NCBI GenBank assembly: GCA_951406725.2
Contig: OX597828.1
Coordinates: 2,480,001-2,544,000, forward strand
Reading direction: 5' to 3'
Source of the DNA: Octopus vulgaris
Taxonomy: Eukaryota
DNA length: 64,000 nt
Shown: piece by piece, positions 14,601 through 26,870 of the stretch
Numbering within the stretch: the stretch's first letter is position 1
How the letters are laid out: the number at the start of each line of letters is the position of its first letter
Position numbers and translations under genes: made by a program
The notes under the pieces: generated by a model
What the model saw: only the letters and a program-made list of their open reading frames with translations
What the model was told of the DNA's origin: nothing
The model's database searches: none

Positions 14601-14933
14601 CTAAAGAGTGTGAAGAACCAAGAAACTTCTCCAGATTCCGAAAATATTCGCTTTACCCGGAATTAGTCTTTTTCTTTTCCATATTTCTCACTTATTTTCA
14701 GTTTGGTAAGGGTGGTCTGTGGTTTTTCTTCTTCTTTTTTTGAAGACAGTCGACCTCCCCTCCTCTTTTTCGTTATCTTCACACTCTTCTCCTGGTTTTG
14801 ATGGTAGTGGTGTCGTCTCTGTTGATGTAGGTGACGCTTCCACCGTCGCTGCTTTTTCTCCTTCCTTTTCTTCCTGCACCTTTGTTTTTTTGGGTTGGCA
14901 TTCGGCCTTTATATAGCCCTTTCGCCCGCAAAT
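11629..14933 (-). mobile_element. L1/Tx1-clade LINE copy 1, 5'-truncated and frameshifted (ORF1 zinc-knuckle end, APE, RT, zf-RVT, 3' UTR, A-tail)
   Basis: APE: LGDYN, WTWSN..SRSYLD, DHK, GSGYWKLN. RT: NFRPITLLNAELKILAKVL, VRQRCPLSSLLY, AYADD. C-terminus: LAWQCYRGALPV..CPRC..ESVPH. ICGRKGYIKAEC knuckle. AATAAA tail and TSD ACTGGCAGAGAGA at both ends. Confidence 0.95.
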
Positions 14934-14936
14934 ACT

Positions 14937-14940
<4 letters not shown>

Positions 14941-15006
<66 letters not shown>
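14941..15006. repeat. (GA)33 microsatellite inside the right TSD copy of the Tx1 LINE
   Basis: Pure GA tract between ACTGGCA and TG. Confidence 0.95.
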
Positions 15007-15008
<2 letters not shown>

Positions 15009-15559
15009 TTTGGTGATATTAAGAGTTAATTCTGGAGAACAATGAGGACGATGGAACATACAAATACATCAGAATATTAAAAATAAAATACATCGAAGTG
15101 GCTTGGAAACAATTATCAAAACCTGTGGCATCTTAATTTTAAGTGTAACTAGGCGGACAATACACCTTACTTCATTTCGGTGAATTTTTCAGTTCTATTC
15201 GAGTATTGTTAAGGATGTCTACAGATACAATTCGATACTGATGTTCGATTCCTTTGGATACCCGGCTCAAATACAAATGTTTGATTTATATTTATTTATT
15301 TACTTATTTATCTATTCATTGATTCATTTTGTCTAAATCTTGAGTAGCTGTTGACATCGTATACCGACAATTTCGCCAAATTACTTCAAAGAGCTAAAAT
15401 GTCGTCAACTCATGGATAGGGAATCGCTGAAATTACTAGATGAGTTTTGAAAGAAATGAAAATTCATTTGATTCATTTGGTGGTATTGTACCGAAGGCAG
15501 AGACACACCATTCCATCTCAGAATCCGCATTACTACAAAGCTGAAGTGAGATTGTTTCC

Positions 15560-17475
15560 TTTTTTTTATTGCCTATTAAAGGCGCACATAGAGGGGACAA
15601 TGCAATATGATCTTGGGTTCATATACAACAAATGAGAGTAAAAATTTAAAATGACTAAATGAAAAACCGAGTAGGACACAAAAGTCATTTACATACAATG
15701 AAAGACAATATGGAGTTTAAAAGACAGGAATGCTCCGACCCCCACGAGCCCTGTCTTCTCTACCGATACCTTTGTTAATCTCTATGACGTGCTCACGCAG
15801 GGCCTTTCACTCCCAGCATACGTGCTACACGCGTCCATCTTTTTTTAACATACGCACTGACAGACACTTCCTTTCCAGTCCCACCTTCCTTTTCAGGTGA
15901 AAAGTGAAAACATTCGTCAAAGCGAGGCCGGAGTCAAAGCTGTCTGTCACAATGCCTTTCATTCTCGACTTCCATATCACCTCTCTCGCAATTACTACTA
16001 CAACGAGAAAACAATTCTTACCTTCTTCCGTAAGGAAATCCGGTGGGTTAAATTTTAGAATTGACTCAGACGATAGCTGTACTCCTCTCACATCTGACAA
16101 CATGTGTTCTGCATAAGTCCACACTTCTGATATACCCGGACACTGAACAATAGCGTGCAGGACGGTTTTCACGTACTGCTCGAATCTTGAACAGGCCAAC
16201 GGCCCAGGGTGGCCGTGTCTGGTGAGCTTTTCCCCAACAGGTAGGGCTCCTCGGTAACACTGCCAGGCCAAAAGGCGGCGAGCTAGCAGAATCGTTAGCA
16301 CGTCGGGCGAAATGCTTAGCGGTATTTCATCTGCCGTTACGTTGTGAGTTCAAATTCCGCCGAGGTCGACTTTACCTTTCATCCTTTCGGGGTCGATAAA
16401 TTAAGTACCAGTTAAGCACTGGGGTCGATATAATCGACTTAATACCTATGTCTGTCCATGTTTGTCCCCTCTATGTTCAGCCCCTTGTGGGTAATAAAGA
16501 AATAGGTAACACTGCCAGGCCAAAGACTTTTGGATGTTATCCAGTGTCTTCGGCCCGAATGTTCTTCGGAACAGGCTGTCTAACTGATTGCCATCGAGAC
16601 CCAGGGTCCTTCCCAGGGAATCATCATTTCTAGCCTCTACCAACCTACTATAGTAAGCTACGGTGGTACCGAAACCGCTGGCGTTGCCCGAGTTGCTAAA
16701 CTGGAGGAGAGCCTTGCGTCACTCTGTATACCAGGTACCCAACCTCGATCTTCGACGAAACAGGTTTTCTCTACCACCAAAACTAGTAAAGCTGGGGAAC
16801 ATCCACTTAGCGGGCTGAGACCACCCCATTCACCATCAAGGTAGAGCCTCAACCGTAGCGCATACTTGCGCATCAACTTCCACGTGATCCATTACCCACC
16901 CTTTAATGGCTTTTGACTGCAAATAGAACGTCTTACAAGTTCTTCCACAAAAAGCGAAAGATTTGCCTCTCCAACTTGCACAACCACGAATCTGGAACAA
17001 GGAACGACGGTTAGGCGGTAGACGATGACCGATGCGATAAACACATTAGCCTCCTCCGCCCTCCCTATCAAGGATAGCCACCGCCAAGACTAAGTCTTGA
17101 TTATGTGGGTCACCTTACTCGATACCACGGACCAGTTCTTTTCTATCTGGAGATCTGGACCAAACCAGATTCCCAGCAACTTAACCGGGCCCTCCATCCA
17201 GATTCCAACGATGCTATTCAAAGGCATCGACTTGCCCCTCCATGTGCCGCATTGCAAGCCGACTGATTTTTCCCGATTAATTTTTGCTCCTGCCACCGTC
17301 TCGTAAACCTTGATAGTTTCGCCTACTTTCTGTAGGTGTTCCATCTTGGTAACGATGATAGTGATGTCGTCCGCGTACGCCGTAACCGATCCTCCACCTC
17401 CTTGATTCGTGGGGATGCCACTCAGCTTTCGCAGCAATGGCTCGAGGGCCACTACGTATAAAAGCGGAGAGAGTG
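15560..17475 (-). mobile_element. L1/Tx1-clade LINE copy 2, 5'-truncated within RT and interrupted by a SINE
   Basis: ALEPLLRKL..TAYADDITIIV..GAKINREKS..LLGIWFG and LAWQCYRGALPV motifs; 3' UTR with AATAAAAAAAA; paralogous to copy 1. Confidence 0.93.
16273..16504 (+). mobile_element. tRNA-derived SINE family 2, tail type A (Meta-like central domain), young insertion
   Basis: GGCGGCGAGCT head, GAGTTCAAATTCC B-box, CCTTTCATCCTTTCGGGGTCGATAAA core; perfect 20-bp TSD GGTAACACTGCCAGGCCAAA at 16253-16272 and 16505-16524. Confidence 0.93.
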
Positions 17476-17794
17476 TTTATTCCTCCGACTTGGTTCAGAG
17501 AGGAGAGTTATTTTGCAGATAGCTTTGACGCGCTATGTGTGTTCCTGTTTACCATGCACTTGTAAGCAAGGAGGATATGAGAGATTCCAAGAAGGGATGT
17601 CACGTATTTTTGTTCCTGTCTGCCCAGCACACATCACCAAATTCCGACTGATTTGAGAAGCAAATATACATATTTTCTTCAGATAGTATCATCGTGAAGT
17701 AACCAGCTTGCTGTACAAATTCATTTAGCGCTTGAATAAAACGTAGCATTTAATTGCAACTCGTTGCCTTGTATTTCTTTCCACTGTTTATACA

Positions 17795-18605
17795 CGACAT
17801 ATTGGAACCAAGAACAAGTAATTATACCAGGACCAGAGACGCTAATCAACTCACTGATTCGTTCATTTTATGATGTTTTGCCATCACCTACGAGTCTAGT
17901 AAAATGGAACGTCTCAGAGAAGGCATATGCAATTGCGGAAAGGTCGGAACACTGAAACATATTCTTTCCAACTGTTCATTACCAGTACCATCTAGAAATT
18001 TCGTTAACTTCGTGCGATCAGGTCAGCGGATCCGTTTCAAGAAGAACAAGAAACTTCCTGTGAGAGATGAAAAGTGGAACGGCTATTGGGAGGTGACTGC
18101 AGATTTACCTGGGCGCCAGGGATTCTTTCCCATCCCAGTTACGAAAAAACCAGACATTTTGATGTGGTGTGAAAGAAGGAAAGTTGTAAATCTAGTCGAG
18201 TTAATGGTTCCTCATGAAGATAACATGGACGCCGCTCAAGCTCGAAAGATTGACCGTTTTATAGACCTCCTCGAGGAATGTGAAGACGTAGGCTGAAAAG
18301 CGGAGCATTTTCCAATCGAAGTTGGATGTAGAGGGTTTGTTGGACACAGTGTGAGACGACTATTGTTATCGTTAGGCCTGACTCATCGTAAAGTCAATAC
18401 CACCATGACCGATATCCAAGTTACAGTGGAGAAGGCTAGCCACTGGATTTGGTTAAAAAGAGACAATGAGCGATGGCTTTATTTGATAACCAGTTGATCT
18501 AGCAAGCGTGGCCTCATATCAGTGAGGGGGGGGGAGCCGGTGCGCATTGATGCCGTCGAGAGGTAGGCCCCGAAACGGCGCGCATACTCTCCTGATGACC
18601 CCATA
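17795..18605 (+). mobile_element. Hero-like non-LTR retrotransposon 3' fragment (CCHC, restriction-like endonuclease, 3' UTR)
   Basis: CNCGKVGTLKHILSNC; KPDILMW..VELMVPHEDNMDAAQARK; past a stop FPIEVGCRGFVG..VEKASHWIWLKR. These motifs match Hero-type RLE domains as I recall them. Confidence 0.8.
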
Positions 18606-19359
18606 CACTTGCTGGCTTCCGGTATGCGGAATTTTTGACAAGTAGCACTTGCATGTGTAAGTTGTTTGCAAGACATATAAAGACCACAACAAACTGGAAT
18701 GGGAATTGGAGAAGGTATATTTCTGTCGATAGACAGGGCTATTTCAGAGATACGTATTTTGAGATAAATCTCTTCTAGCGATAAATTCTATTGATCAGGC
18801 AAATTACAATGCCAGGGACATTGCACTTAAATGCGATCAACAAAGAAAACAACCCATCAAAAATCAATACTTTTGAAGGGAATACGCCGGTGACATTGAA
18901 ATTAACTCTTTGATAGCTCAATTTGTGGCATTTGAAGTTTCTATGGGATAGATATCTGATGTTGTTTGACTGGACATCGTAGATTATCTTGATAGAAAAA
19001 ATGGTTTTTGGCATATATATATATTACACACACATGCACAGAGGTTTGTACTAAAAGGGTTTGTTTTGAAAACTTTCATAGATGTAGAACGCGCTATCAC
19101 ATTTATGATTTATTGGAGTAATTTTCTGTTAAATAAAAAGATCAACATCTTTTGATAGGAAATCCATCAATGGTTTCTGTTACCGTTTTAAATGGATGCA
19201 TCATTTTCTGTCATTAATAAAATTGTCATTTTTGACGATACGGTTATGCTCGTGTGTTAATAACTGTTTCTAATATATACACAAGGCCTGAAATTTGAAA
19301 GAAGAAGTTAGTCGATACCATCATCAGTATCTGACTCGTACAATATTTCATCGATTTGA

Positions 19360-19470
19360 AAAGATGAAAGCAAAGTTGACTTCGGCGGGATTTGAACTTT
19401 GAGCGTAAAGAGCCAGGGGAAATAAAAGAAAGCAATTTTTCGACGTTCGAACGATTCTGTTATCTCGTTA
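19360..19470 (-). mobile_element. SINE family 2 remnant
   Basis: gatgaaagcaaagttgacttcggcgggatttgaac matches the reverse complement of the family core and B-box. Confidence 0.6.
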
Positions 19471-20251
19471 TTTTTCCAGATGCTGATAAAATGTTATAGT
19501 AATAAAGAAAATGTATATGGTAAGATGATAGATAATATAGTCTTTATGGAAAAAACCTGTACATTTACAGGAAATTTGATTGAATAAACATCGTCTTGGC
19601 GCTTTGCCTCAATTTCTATTGGTTACTGTCTTCAAACAACTCTCAAAGAGCTAATTATCCACATACACGTAACGCAAACACCGTTTACCAAAACTCATGC
19701 ACACTTGTAATCCCTTAAAAAATTATTCCTGTTAATAAACTCATGTGAAATGGGATTCCCTAAAATGTTCAAATAAACTTATAAATGATATAAAACTATC
19801 GACACTCACTTTAAGCTGTCAATCAATTCCTACTCGTTGAATCATTTAATACCGGTTATCACTGTTATACCCATTTATACAACAATGATAAAACGGTTGT
19901 ATAACCCATTTATAATTTATATGGCACTTCTAAATAAATTACAGCTCTTATCTTGCGTTAAATTACAACTTTGAAAATCATTGATTTTCAAAGAATTCTT
20001 TTTTATTAATTTTCATTTATTTTGCTGTTGTTGCTGCTGCTGAAGTTGTTGTTGTTCAAGTAATTAGAACAAGTAGAAGTTGATAGCGTGCCACCAATTT
20101 TAGCTCTGTCCCGGACCCCCTTAATTTTTTTTTTTTTTTTCAACTTTGTAGATAAATTGTATCATTTGGTGCTGGAAATAAATGAATTAAGCTGAAATTG
20201 AAATTTTGGTTGCTGTTGTGAAATTCTCAAATAAAAAATAGAAACCACGTA

Positions 20252-20255
<4 letters not shown>

Positions 20256-20319
<64 letters not shown>
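20256..20319. repeat. (AC)n microsatellite
   Basis: Pure tract. Confidence 0.95.
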
Positions 20320-20320
<1 letters not shown>

Positions 20321-21046
20321 CTAATTGATAAATTAGTCAACACGAAGTCTATTTTCTAGACACAGTATCAAAGACAAGAGTTGTGTTTAATTTTTGTTGT
20401 TGTTGTTGCTGTTGTTACCACGCTTGGTGTTATTGTTGCTGTTGTTAATGCTGCTTTGGTACATTTAATAGTCTTGCAGCTGATGCTGCAGTCACCATTG
20501 CTGAGGTGGCATGCTGTTGCTGAAGTTGCTGCGGTAGTCTTTGCTGCAGTTTCTGCTTTTGTTGAAATTGTAGTGTTGACAGTTGTGGAGGCCTTCGTTC
20601 GTTGTCATTTTCTCTCCTTGCTGTCGGCAGAAAGCCTTAGGGTATTAGTGTTTCAGGTTTCACCTGTATTAAAATCTCCAAACCCCTTCTCAACACACTT
20701 TTCTTTTCAGAATCCTTATATTTCCAGCAGAAAACTGGGGTCTTCCCAAACCACATATTTCAATCCTACTTCTGGTGGTAGGTTTGAAATTTTTACTCGG
20801 ATTACTCACAGTTTCAAGTAAATCGGTATCTGTGAAATGTTCAGTTTTTTGTGCGTTGGAGAGTTTCTGAGAAAAATTTCCCGGGCTTATGGGTATGTCC
20901 TACTAAAGTGTTGTCTTGCCATATGTTTCTTAAACAGAGTTCAGTTTGATCTGAAATATGCGCTCTAATTTGTATCTTTTCGACCAGACGCAACAGTACA
21001 GAATTATTTTTTTCCTTCTGTTTGGTATAAAGGTGTTGCAGTATAT

Positions 21047-21325
21047 TTCTCGGCGGAATTTGAACTCAGAACGTAAGACAGGCGAAATACCTATTTTTTT
21101 ACTGCCCACAAGGGGCTACACACAGAGGGGACAAACAAGGACAGACAAACGGATTGAGTCGATTATATCGACCCCAGTGCGTAACTGGTACTTATTTAAT
21201 CGACCCCGAAAGGATGAAAGGCAAAGTCGACCTCGGCGGAATTTGAACTCAGAACGTAACGGCAGACGAAATACGGCAACGCATTTCGCCCGCCGTGCTA
21301 ACGTTTCTGCCAAGCTTGCCACCTT
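21047..21325 (-). mobile_element. SINE family 2 (tail A) plus a partial second unit, inserted as one piece
   Basis: Full SINE at 21092-21323, extra GGTATTTCG...CCGCCGAG segment at 21049-21091; 15-bp TSD GGTGTTGCAGTATAT at 21032-21046 and 21326-21340. Confidence 0.9.
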
Positions 21326-22002
21326 GGTGTTGCAGTATATCAAGTGCAACTATTCTCTGCTTTTGTCTGTTGGCGCGTTTCTCCGCCTTTTCTAAATGTT
21401 TATGCTTAGTGTATTGGGAGATGAGAGTGAAGACGTTTTGTGATCATGGCAAAAAGAAGTATTTTTTCACTGTTGCTGTTGTTGTTCGTATCATCGTGGT
21501 GGTGAAAGTTGTTTTGTTTGTGTTGCTACAGTTGCCAGAACAGGATTTGCTGCGGCTGATGACTTTGCGAGCTTCTTTGTCATTGTTCTTGCTGCTGTTC
21601 CTGTGTTTTTGTTGTTGTTGTTGCTGCTGATGTTGTTACTACTGATACTTATCATTATTTTTAACTACTGCTACGTTTGTAGTACTGCGTTGATGATGAT
21701 TGAGATACAGGAGTTCACCCGCAAAACCTTCTCTCATCTTCCTTTCTGGCTCACCGATGACACTTAAAAAAAGAAAAAAATTCCGTTTCGAAAAACTCCT
21801 TTTCTTTAAAAATTTTGCTCTGTCGGGCGAATGATTGAAACTGATGACCAGCCCTTTGTGGTGCTGGTCAACTAAGAAACAAGATCGGACAAAAAAAATA
21901 GACTTCTAAAAAGGAGAACAAAGCACAAACTCATGGAAGTTTCAAAATGCGTTCACTTTCCGCGATAAATGACGACAACAACAACAATAATATTAATAAT
22001 AA

Positions 22003-22650
22003 TAGACAACACATCAGAAAGTGATAAGTACAGAATTTGCGGACGAAATGGTGAAACCGTATGGCATATTAGCAGTCAATGTACGCCACTAGTCCAGAGG
22101 GAATATAAGAGACATCATGACAATATAGCAAGGATTGTCCATTGGACACTTTGCAAGAAGTATGGACTTGACAGAGCAAAAAAGTAGTATCCATATAAAC
22201 CCGAAGGCATCATCGAAAATGATAATACAAAGATCCTATGGGATTTCATGATTCAGTGCGACCATGAGATAGAGAATAGGCAAACGATGCTGGATCATAG
22301 ATATAGCATGCCCAGTTGACAAGGCATGCGATAAGGAAGGAAGAAAAGTCGGTAGATATAGCAGGATAGCTTGGGAGGTTAAGCAGTCGTGGTCGATGAA
22401 AAAGGTGGTAGTAGTACTAATAATTGTCGGAGCCCTGAGAACAGTGAGTAAAAATCTTGAGAAGTACATGGAATAAATAGGTGCTGTAATAAGGGTGGAG
22501 CATTTGCAGAAAACAGCACTGCTTGGAACCGCTCGAATACTCCGGATGGTGCTCGAAAAATAAGGGGTGTTACTTTAGTTCACTGGTAGTGAACAGTTGG
22601 CACCGTAGTACACCTCCAGCGTTAGAAGCTGTGCAAAGACAATAAAATAA
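22003..22650 (+). mobile_element. R4/Dong-like RLE non-LTR retrotransposon, 3' fragment
   Basis: RICGRNGETVWHISSQC..EYKRHHDNIARIVHW..ILWDFMIQCDHEIENR..IIDIACP..IIVGAL..LQKTALLGTARILR; flanked by AAT-type repeats. Confidence 0.88.
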
Positions 22651-22670
22651 TAATAATGCTGATGATGATG

Positions 22671-25600
22671 ACCTTCCCTCTCCACCCTCACTTTCAAGTG
22701 AAACTTGAAAAATTTGATGAGGCCTTGGCCAAAGAGGAAAGTGTTTATCTTCAGCCCTTTCAAACGGGTCCACCATACTACCTCTTTTGCTTCAGCCACC
22801 AGACAAATAAAAATCGCCTACCCCTCTCGGCTAAAGGAAGGCGCGGGGCAATCTTCACTATGGATTCAGTTGATAGCCAGATCCGTCCTACACGCGACAG
22901 CAGCTGCTCGACATTAACCCACAGGTCAGTAATGCTCAGCACTGGATGAGGGCGTGCAGAACGGTTTCGTTTCTCTGCGCACACCTTGGGCAGGCTCGGC
23001 TGACGGCACTTCCGTGCCTGTAAAATTTATCCCGAACGTGCAGCGCCTTTCGGTAGCACTGCCAGGAGAGGGATTTCTGGAAGTTATCCATAGCACAAAA
23101 GTCCTCTGGAACAGACCGGTCAATTGATCTTCGTCGACGCGAAGAGTTTCCCCGAGAACGTCGTTGCACTTTTCCTCCACTGGCCCTTTATTTTAGGTCG
23201 CCAAGTATGACATTTCAAGAAAAGAAAAAAAAGTTACGGTATCGTCGGAATTAATTTTTTTTCCTTTCAAAAAGTTATCCAAACTCTGGAAGAAGCGGTA
23301 GTCAGGTGAATATGGTGGATAATGGAGAACTTTCAACTCCAACTCCTGTAGTTTCGCCAATGTCATTTTTACGATGTGTGGTCTGGCGTTGTCTTGCAAT
23401 AAAATATCTGTTGGATCTGAATGGATCTGTTGACTAAGCTAGGCTGTTATTTTGTAAGTTTCTGCATCATTTGGTCCAGTTGGCTGCAGTATACTCCGGG
23501 CGTGATTGTTGAGCCAGGTTTAATGAAATCATAATGGATCACTCCTGCGCCAGACCACTAAACACGCACTATCAGCTTCTTTTGATGAATTTTGCTTTTT
23601 GGACTGTGATTTGGTGGCTCATCTTTATCCAATCATTGTGCTGAACGTTTACGATTGTTGTATTGGATCCATTTCTTATCACATGTTACAATTCAATTCA
23701 AAAATGATACATTTTTGTGACGAGAAAGTAGCATAATGCAGGCTTCCGAATGTTGCAGTTTCTGATTTTCGTTGAGTTCATGTGGAATCCACTTATCCAA
23801 CTTTTTCACTCTACCGATTTGAACTAAGTGAGTCAATTTTGTTTGCTTACCAACAACAACGATAATTAATGAGCACTTTGAGATGGATCTGACGAAACAG
23901 TTCGTTATTATTCACCTTTGCTTCTGGTCGTTGCTCATTTGTAAGGTCAAAGTTACCAGAACGAGTTTGCAAACCAATTTGATACTGTCTGCTGTGTAAT
24001 AGCATTAGAATGAAATATTCCATTGATATTCCGAGCTGTCTGTGATGCTGTATTTCCAAGAAAGGACTCATATTTCAAAACTGTACAAAATTTCCGACTT
24101 ATCCATCTCTAAACAAAAATAACAAGACACGAGTTATAAATACTTTATAAAGCGCAAAATGAGTCAGAATAAGGAGATAGATGTATCAGCTTTCTAACAA
24201 AAAATAAAGATTGTCAAAGTATAATAATGGCGCAAAATGAGCAGCTGTCAAAGTTTACCATATACCTTACTACAAATTTTATACTTGAAGACCTAATAGA
24301 ACGCTAGAGTGGAACTAACACCGACTGCATTGCCCCCCTGACGGAGGGCTGTGAGCGCTTGACGGCACTCGAGGTGCCAAGCGCCCCTTCTCGGATCTAC
24401 GCTTGATTCAGGATTGCAGCTCAGTCAACGAGACGAGCTGTGAAAGAGCGAGTCTGACAATCACCGTCAAGGTAACGCTGGAGATGTCGAAGCCTGAGCG
24501 CGTGTCTGCGCATCAGCAACCACGGCATGCCCAGGTCCCCGTTCAGCAGTTGTTGACAGCAGATGGAGCGCCTGACGAGTGGAATGCAACCCTTCCACAG
24601 AAACTGGAAGAGTAGGTGCACCAGCTTGGTCAACCAGCAAACGGAGCAAGGGACAACGGTCAAGCGGTAATAAATGACGGATGCGATGTACGCATTCGCC
24701 ACCTCGGCCTCACTTTTCAGGGAAAGCTTCCTCTCGACCCATTTCTGGGTGAGATTGGTCACCTTGATCGTCACCTCATCCCAATTTTTCTAGATCTAGA
24801 TCCCGAGCAATTTAAACGGACCGATTGTTCAGCGCCCTACCACGCTGTTGGACGGCATGGACTTGCCTTTCCAGGTGCCGAGTTGCAAGCCCACTGATTT
24901 TTCCGCGTTAATTTTGGCTCCAGTCACCGCTTCATATTCTTTAAGGGTGTCACCGATTAGGTCTATATTCCTGTGGCTCGACACTATCACAGTGATATCG
25001 TAGATTACACGGGACACTCCTCAATGACCCCCCCCCCAACTTCCGCAGTAGCAGCTCAAGAGATAGTACATACAGAAAGGAGGAGAGAGGGCACCCTTGA
25101 CGGACCGAACACAAGATGATGAATGCTGCTGACAGTTGACCATTCACCCGAACAACCGAGCAGATGCCGCTGTACAAAGCAACGATCAAACCGCGGAAAA
25201 CCGGACCGAAACCGGCTGTCGTGAGAACAGCAGCCAGGTACTGATGGTCGACCCTATCGAAGGCTTTAGACTGATCTAAATTGATCAGGGCCCCACCCTT
25301 GCCAACTTCGTTACCAACCCTCTCTATGATGTAGCGCATAAGGTGGAGGTTGTCGAGAATAGTCCTGGTTGGGATGGCGTATGTTTGCGCATTGCCAATG
25401 AGCTTGTCCACGACAAGCGCCAACCTCTTGGCTAACACCTTGGCCAAAATCTTCAACTCTGCATTGAGCAGAGTGATTGGCCTGAAATTCTTTATAACAT
25501 CCTCCTTGTTTGGATCCTTTCTCAGAAGTGCCACCGCCCCTCGATAGACAAAAGTGGGAATTTCTCCCATTCTGCTGCCAGTTGCAGAAGACGTCTGCCA

Positions 25601-25883
25601 AGAGGTCTCAAAACAAGTCTGGCATCAGAATATAATGCTCGTAGAGCAGATCATCCAAATCCAGCGATCTGCCTCTCGTGCAGCTCTTCATCGCTTCCTC
25701 TAATTCTGCGGCAGTTATCGGTCTTTCGCAGCACTCCACCTGGCTTGCCGAGAGCCGCAGCAGGCTGTCCAGGTAGACACCACAGTCTGCTCCGTTATCC
25801 GTCCCACCTCTCGTGCCGAACAGTCGAGTAAAGTACTGCTGAAAGGCCGCACACGTCTGCTCCGGTTCAAACATCTCGCGCCC
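22671..25883 (-). mobile_element. L1/Tx1-clade LINE copy 3 (ORF2 only, lacks 3' UTR), split by a mariner
   Basis: RT: NFRPITLLNAELKILAKVLAKRL..LDQSKAFDRVDH..VRQGCPLS; YRLTVVPC; LSWQCYRKALHV..CPRC..ETVLHALIQC. Confidence 0.93.
23193..24296 (-). mobile_element. Mariner transposon, decayed but with both TIRs, nested in Tx1 copy 3
   Basis: WIPHEL, VTCDKKWI and QDNARPH..HYPPYSPD..FFQSLDNFL motifs; TIRs TTAGGTCGCCAAGTATGACATTT and AAATTTTATACTTGAAGACCTAA; TA on the right, left TA appears mutated to TT; LINE sequence rejoins across it. Confidence 0.9.
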
Positions 25884-25983
25884 TAATATAGTAATAATAA
25901 TAATAATAATAATAGTAATAATAACAACAACAACAACAACAACAACGACGACGACGATGACGACGACGACGATGATGATGATG
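25884..25983. repeat. Compound trinucleotide microsatellite (AAT)n(AAC)n(GAC)n(GAT)n
   Basis: Stepwise single-base changes of the repeat unit. Confidence 0.9.
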
Positions 25984-25984
25984 T

Positions 25985-26870
25985 TTTCTAGCAAATGTCG
26001 GATGAAGCTGATAAAGAATCCTGGAGAGGGTTAAGAGACGAATTTTTAAAGGAGAAAGAAGGACTGATTCTTGCTGTTCAAGAACAAGCTTTGCGAACCA
26101 ACTCAATCAAGTGTAACATTGATCAGACAGCAGCATTCGCCTTTTTGCAGACTATGTAAAAAAGATCCTGAGCTAGTCAGACATACGATTAGTGGATGCT
26201 GAAAACTGGTCCAAAAAGGTATAGAAAAAAACGCCATGACAAAATGGCAAATACATTAGAATTGTGCAGGAAGCATGGGCTAGAATGTTCCAAGTGGTAT
26301 GATGGGAACCAACCTTTGCCAATAGCTGAGAGAATGATCAAGCGAAACTCACACGGGATATGCCAACCCACAAAGATAAGAAACTGCAACATAACTGCAA
26401 CATGGCGGTGCCCCAGCATGGCCACAGCTCGTGAGCTGAAACTAGATAAAATAAAATAAAATAAGTAAAATAACCGACCAGAAAGAGTCCAAAGAATGGA
26501 GCTTCATCGATGTAGCGAAACCGAGAGACAGGAATATGTGAAGACAGAGAACGAGAAAACCGAGAAGTATCAAGAGTTAGTATTGGAAGTGAAACACGTC
26601 CATAAAGCCTCAAAAGTGAATGTATTACGTATTGTGATCAGCGTACCATCTCAAAGAAAGCAATGTCCTGGCATGAACAGCTGTAAATACCAAACTTTAT
26701 TTAGGAAGAACACAACTGACAAAGCATTACTTGGAAGAGCAGATGTGATGAGAAGAGTGTTGTATCTCTAAAGCTGCGGAAAAGAGCTGAAACGTGACGA
26801 AGATAACCCGAGAGAAGAAAGGAAAATAGAAAGAATATGAATAATAATTAACATAGAATAAATTAAAGAC
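25985..26870 (+). mobile_element. R4/Dong-like RLE LINE 3' fragment, older, with a SINE-tail insertion
   Basis: EGLILAVQEQALRTN..CRLC..RYRKKRHDKMA..ENEKTEKYQEL..ALLGRADVMRRVL; ends near AATAATAAT. Confidence 0.8.
26404..26470 (+). mobile_element. Isolated 3'-tail insertion related to the SINE family 1 tail
   Basis: GGCGGTGCCCCAGCATGGCCACAGCTCGTGAGCTGAAACTAGA(TAAAA)n interrupts the host KLQHNRP coding sequence. Confidence 0.7.

Noticed and set aside
16273-16365. tRNA-like sequences with A and B boxes, here and at other SINE heads
   Set aside because: They continue into SINE bodies and tails, and I cannot fold a full cloverleaf; not tRNA genes.
17477-17790. Possible host exon between Tx1 copy 2 and the Hero-like fragment; also unique-looking stretches at 50130-50610 and 52060-52620
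   Set aside because: No open frame with convincing splice sites or a recognisable domain. Short exons cannot be excluded without RNA-seq or homology searches.
20381-21630. Hydrophobic Val/Ala/Leu-rich ORFs resembling membrane proteins
   Set aside because: Degenerate (GTT/GCT)n low-complexity DNA with TTG/GTG starts, no domain and no splice evidence.
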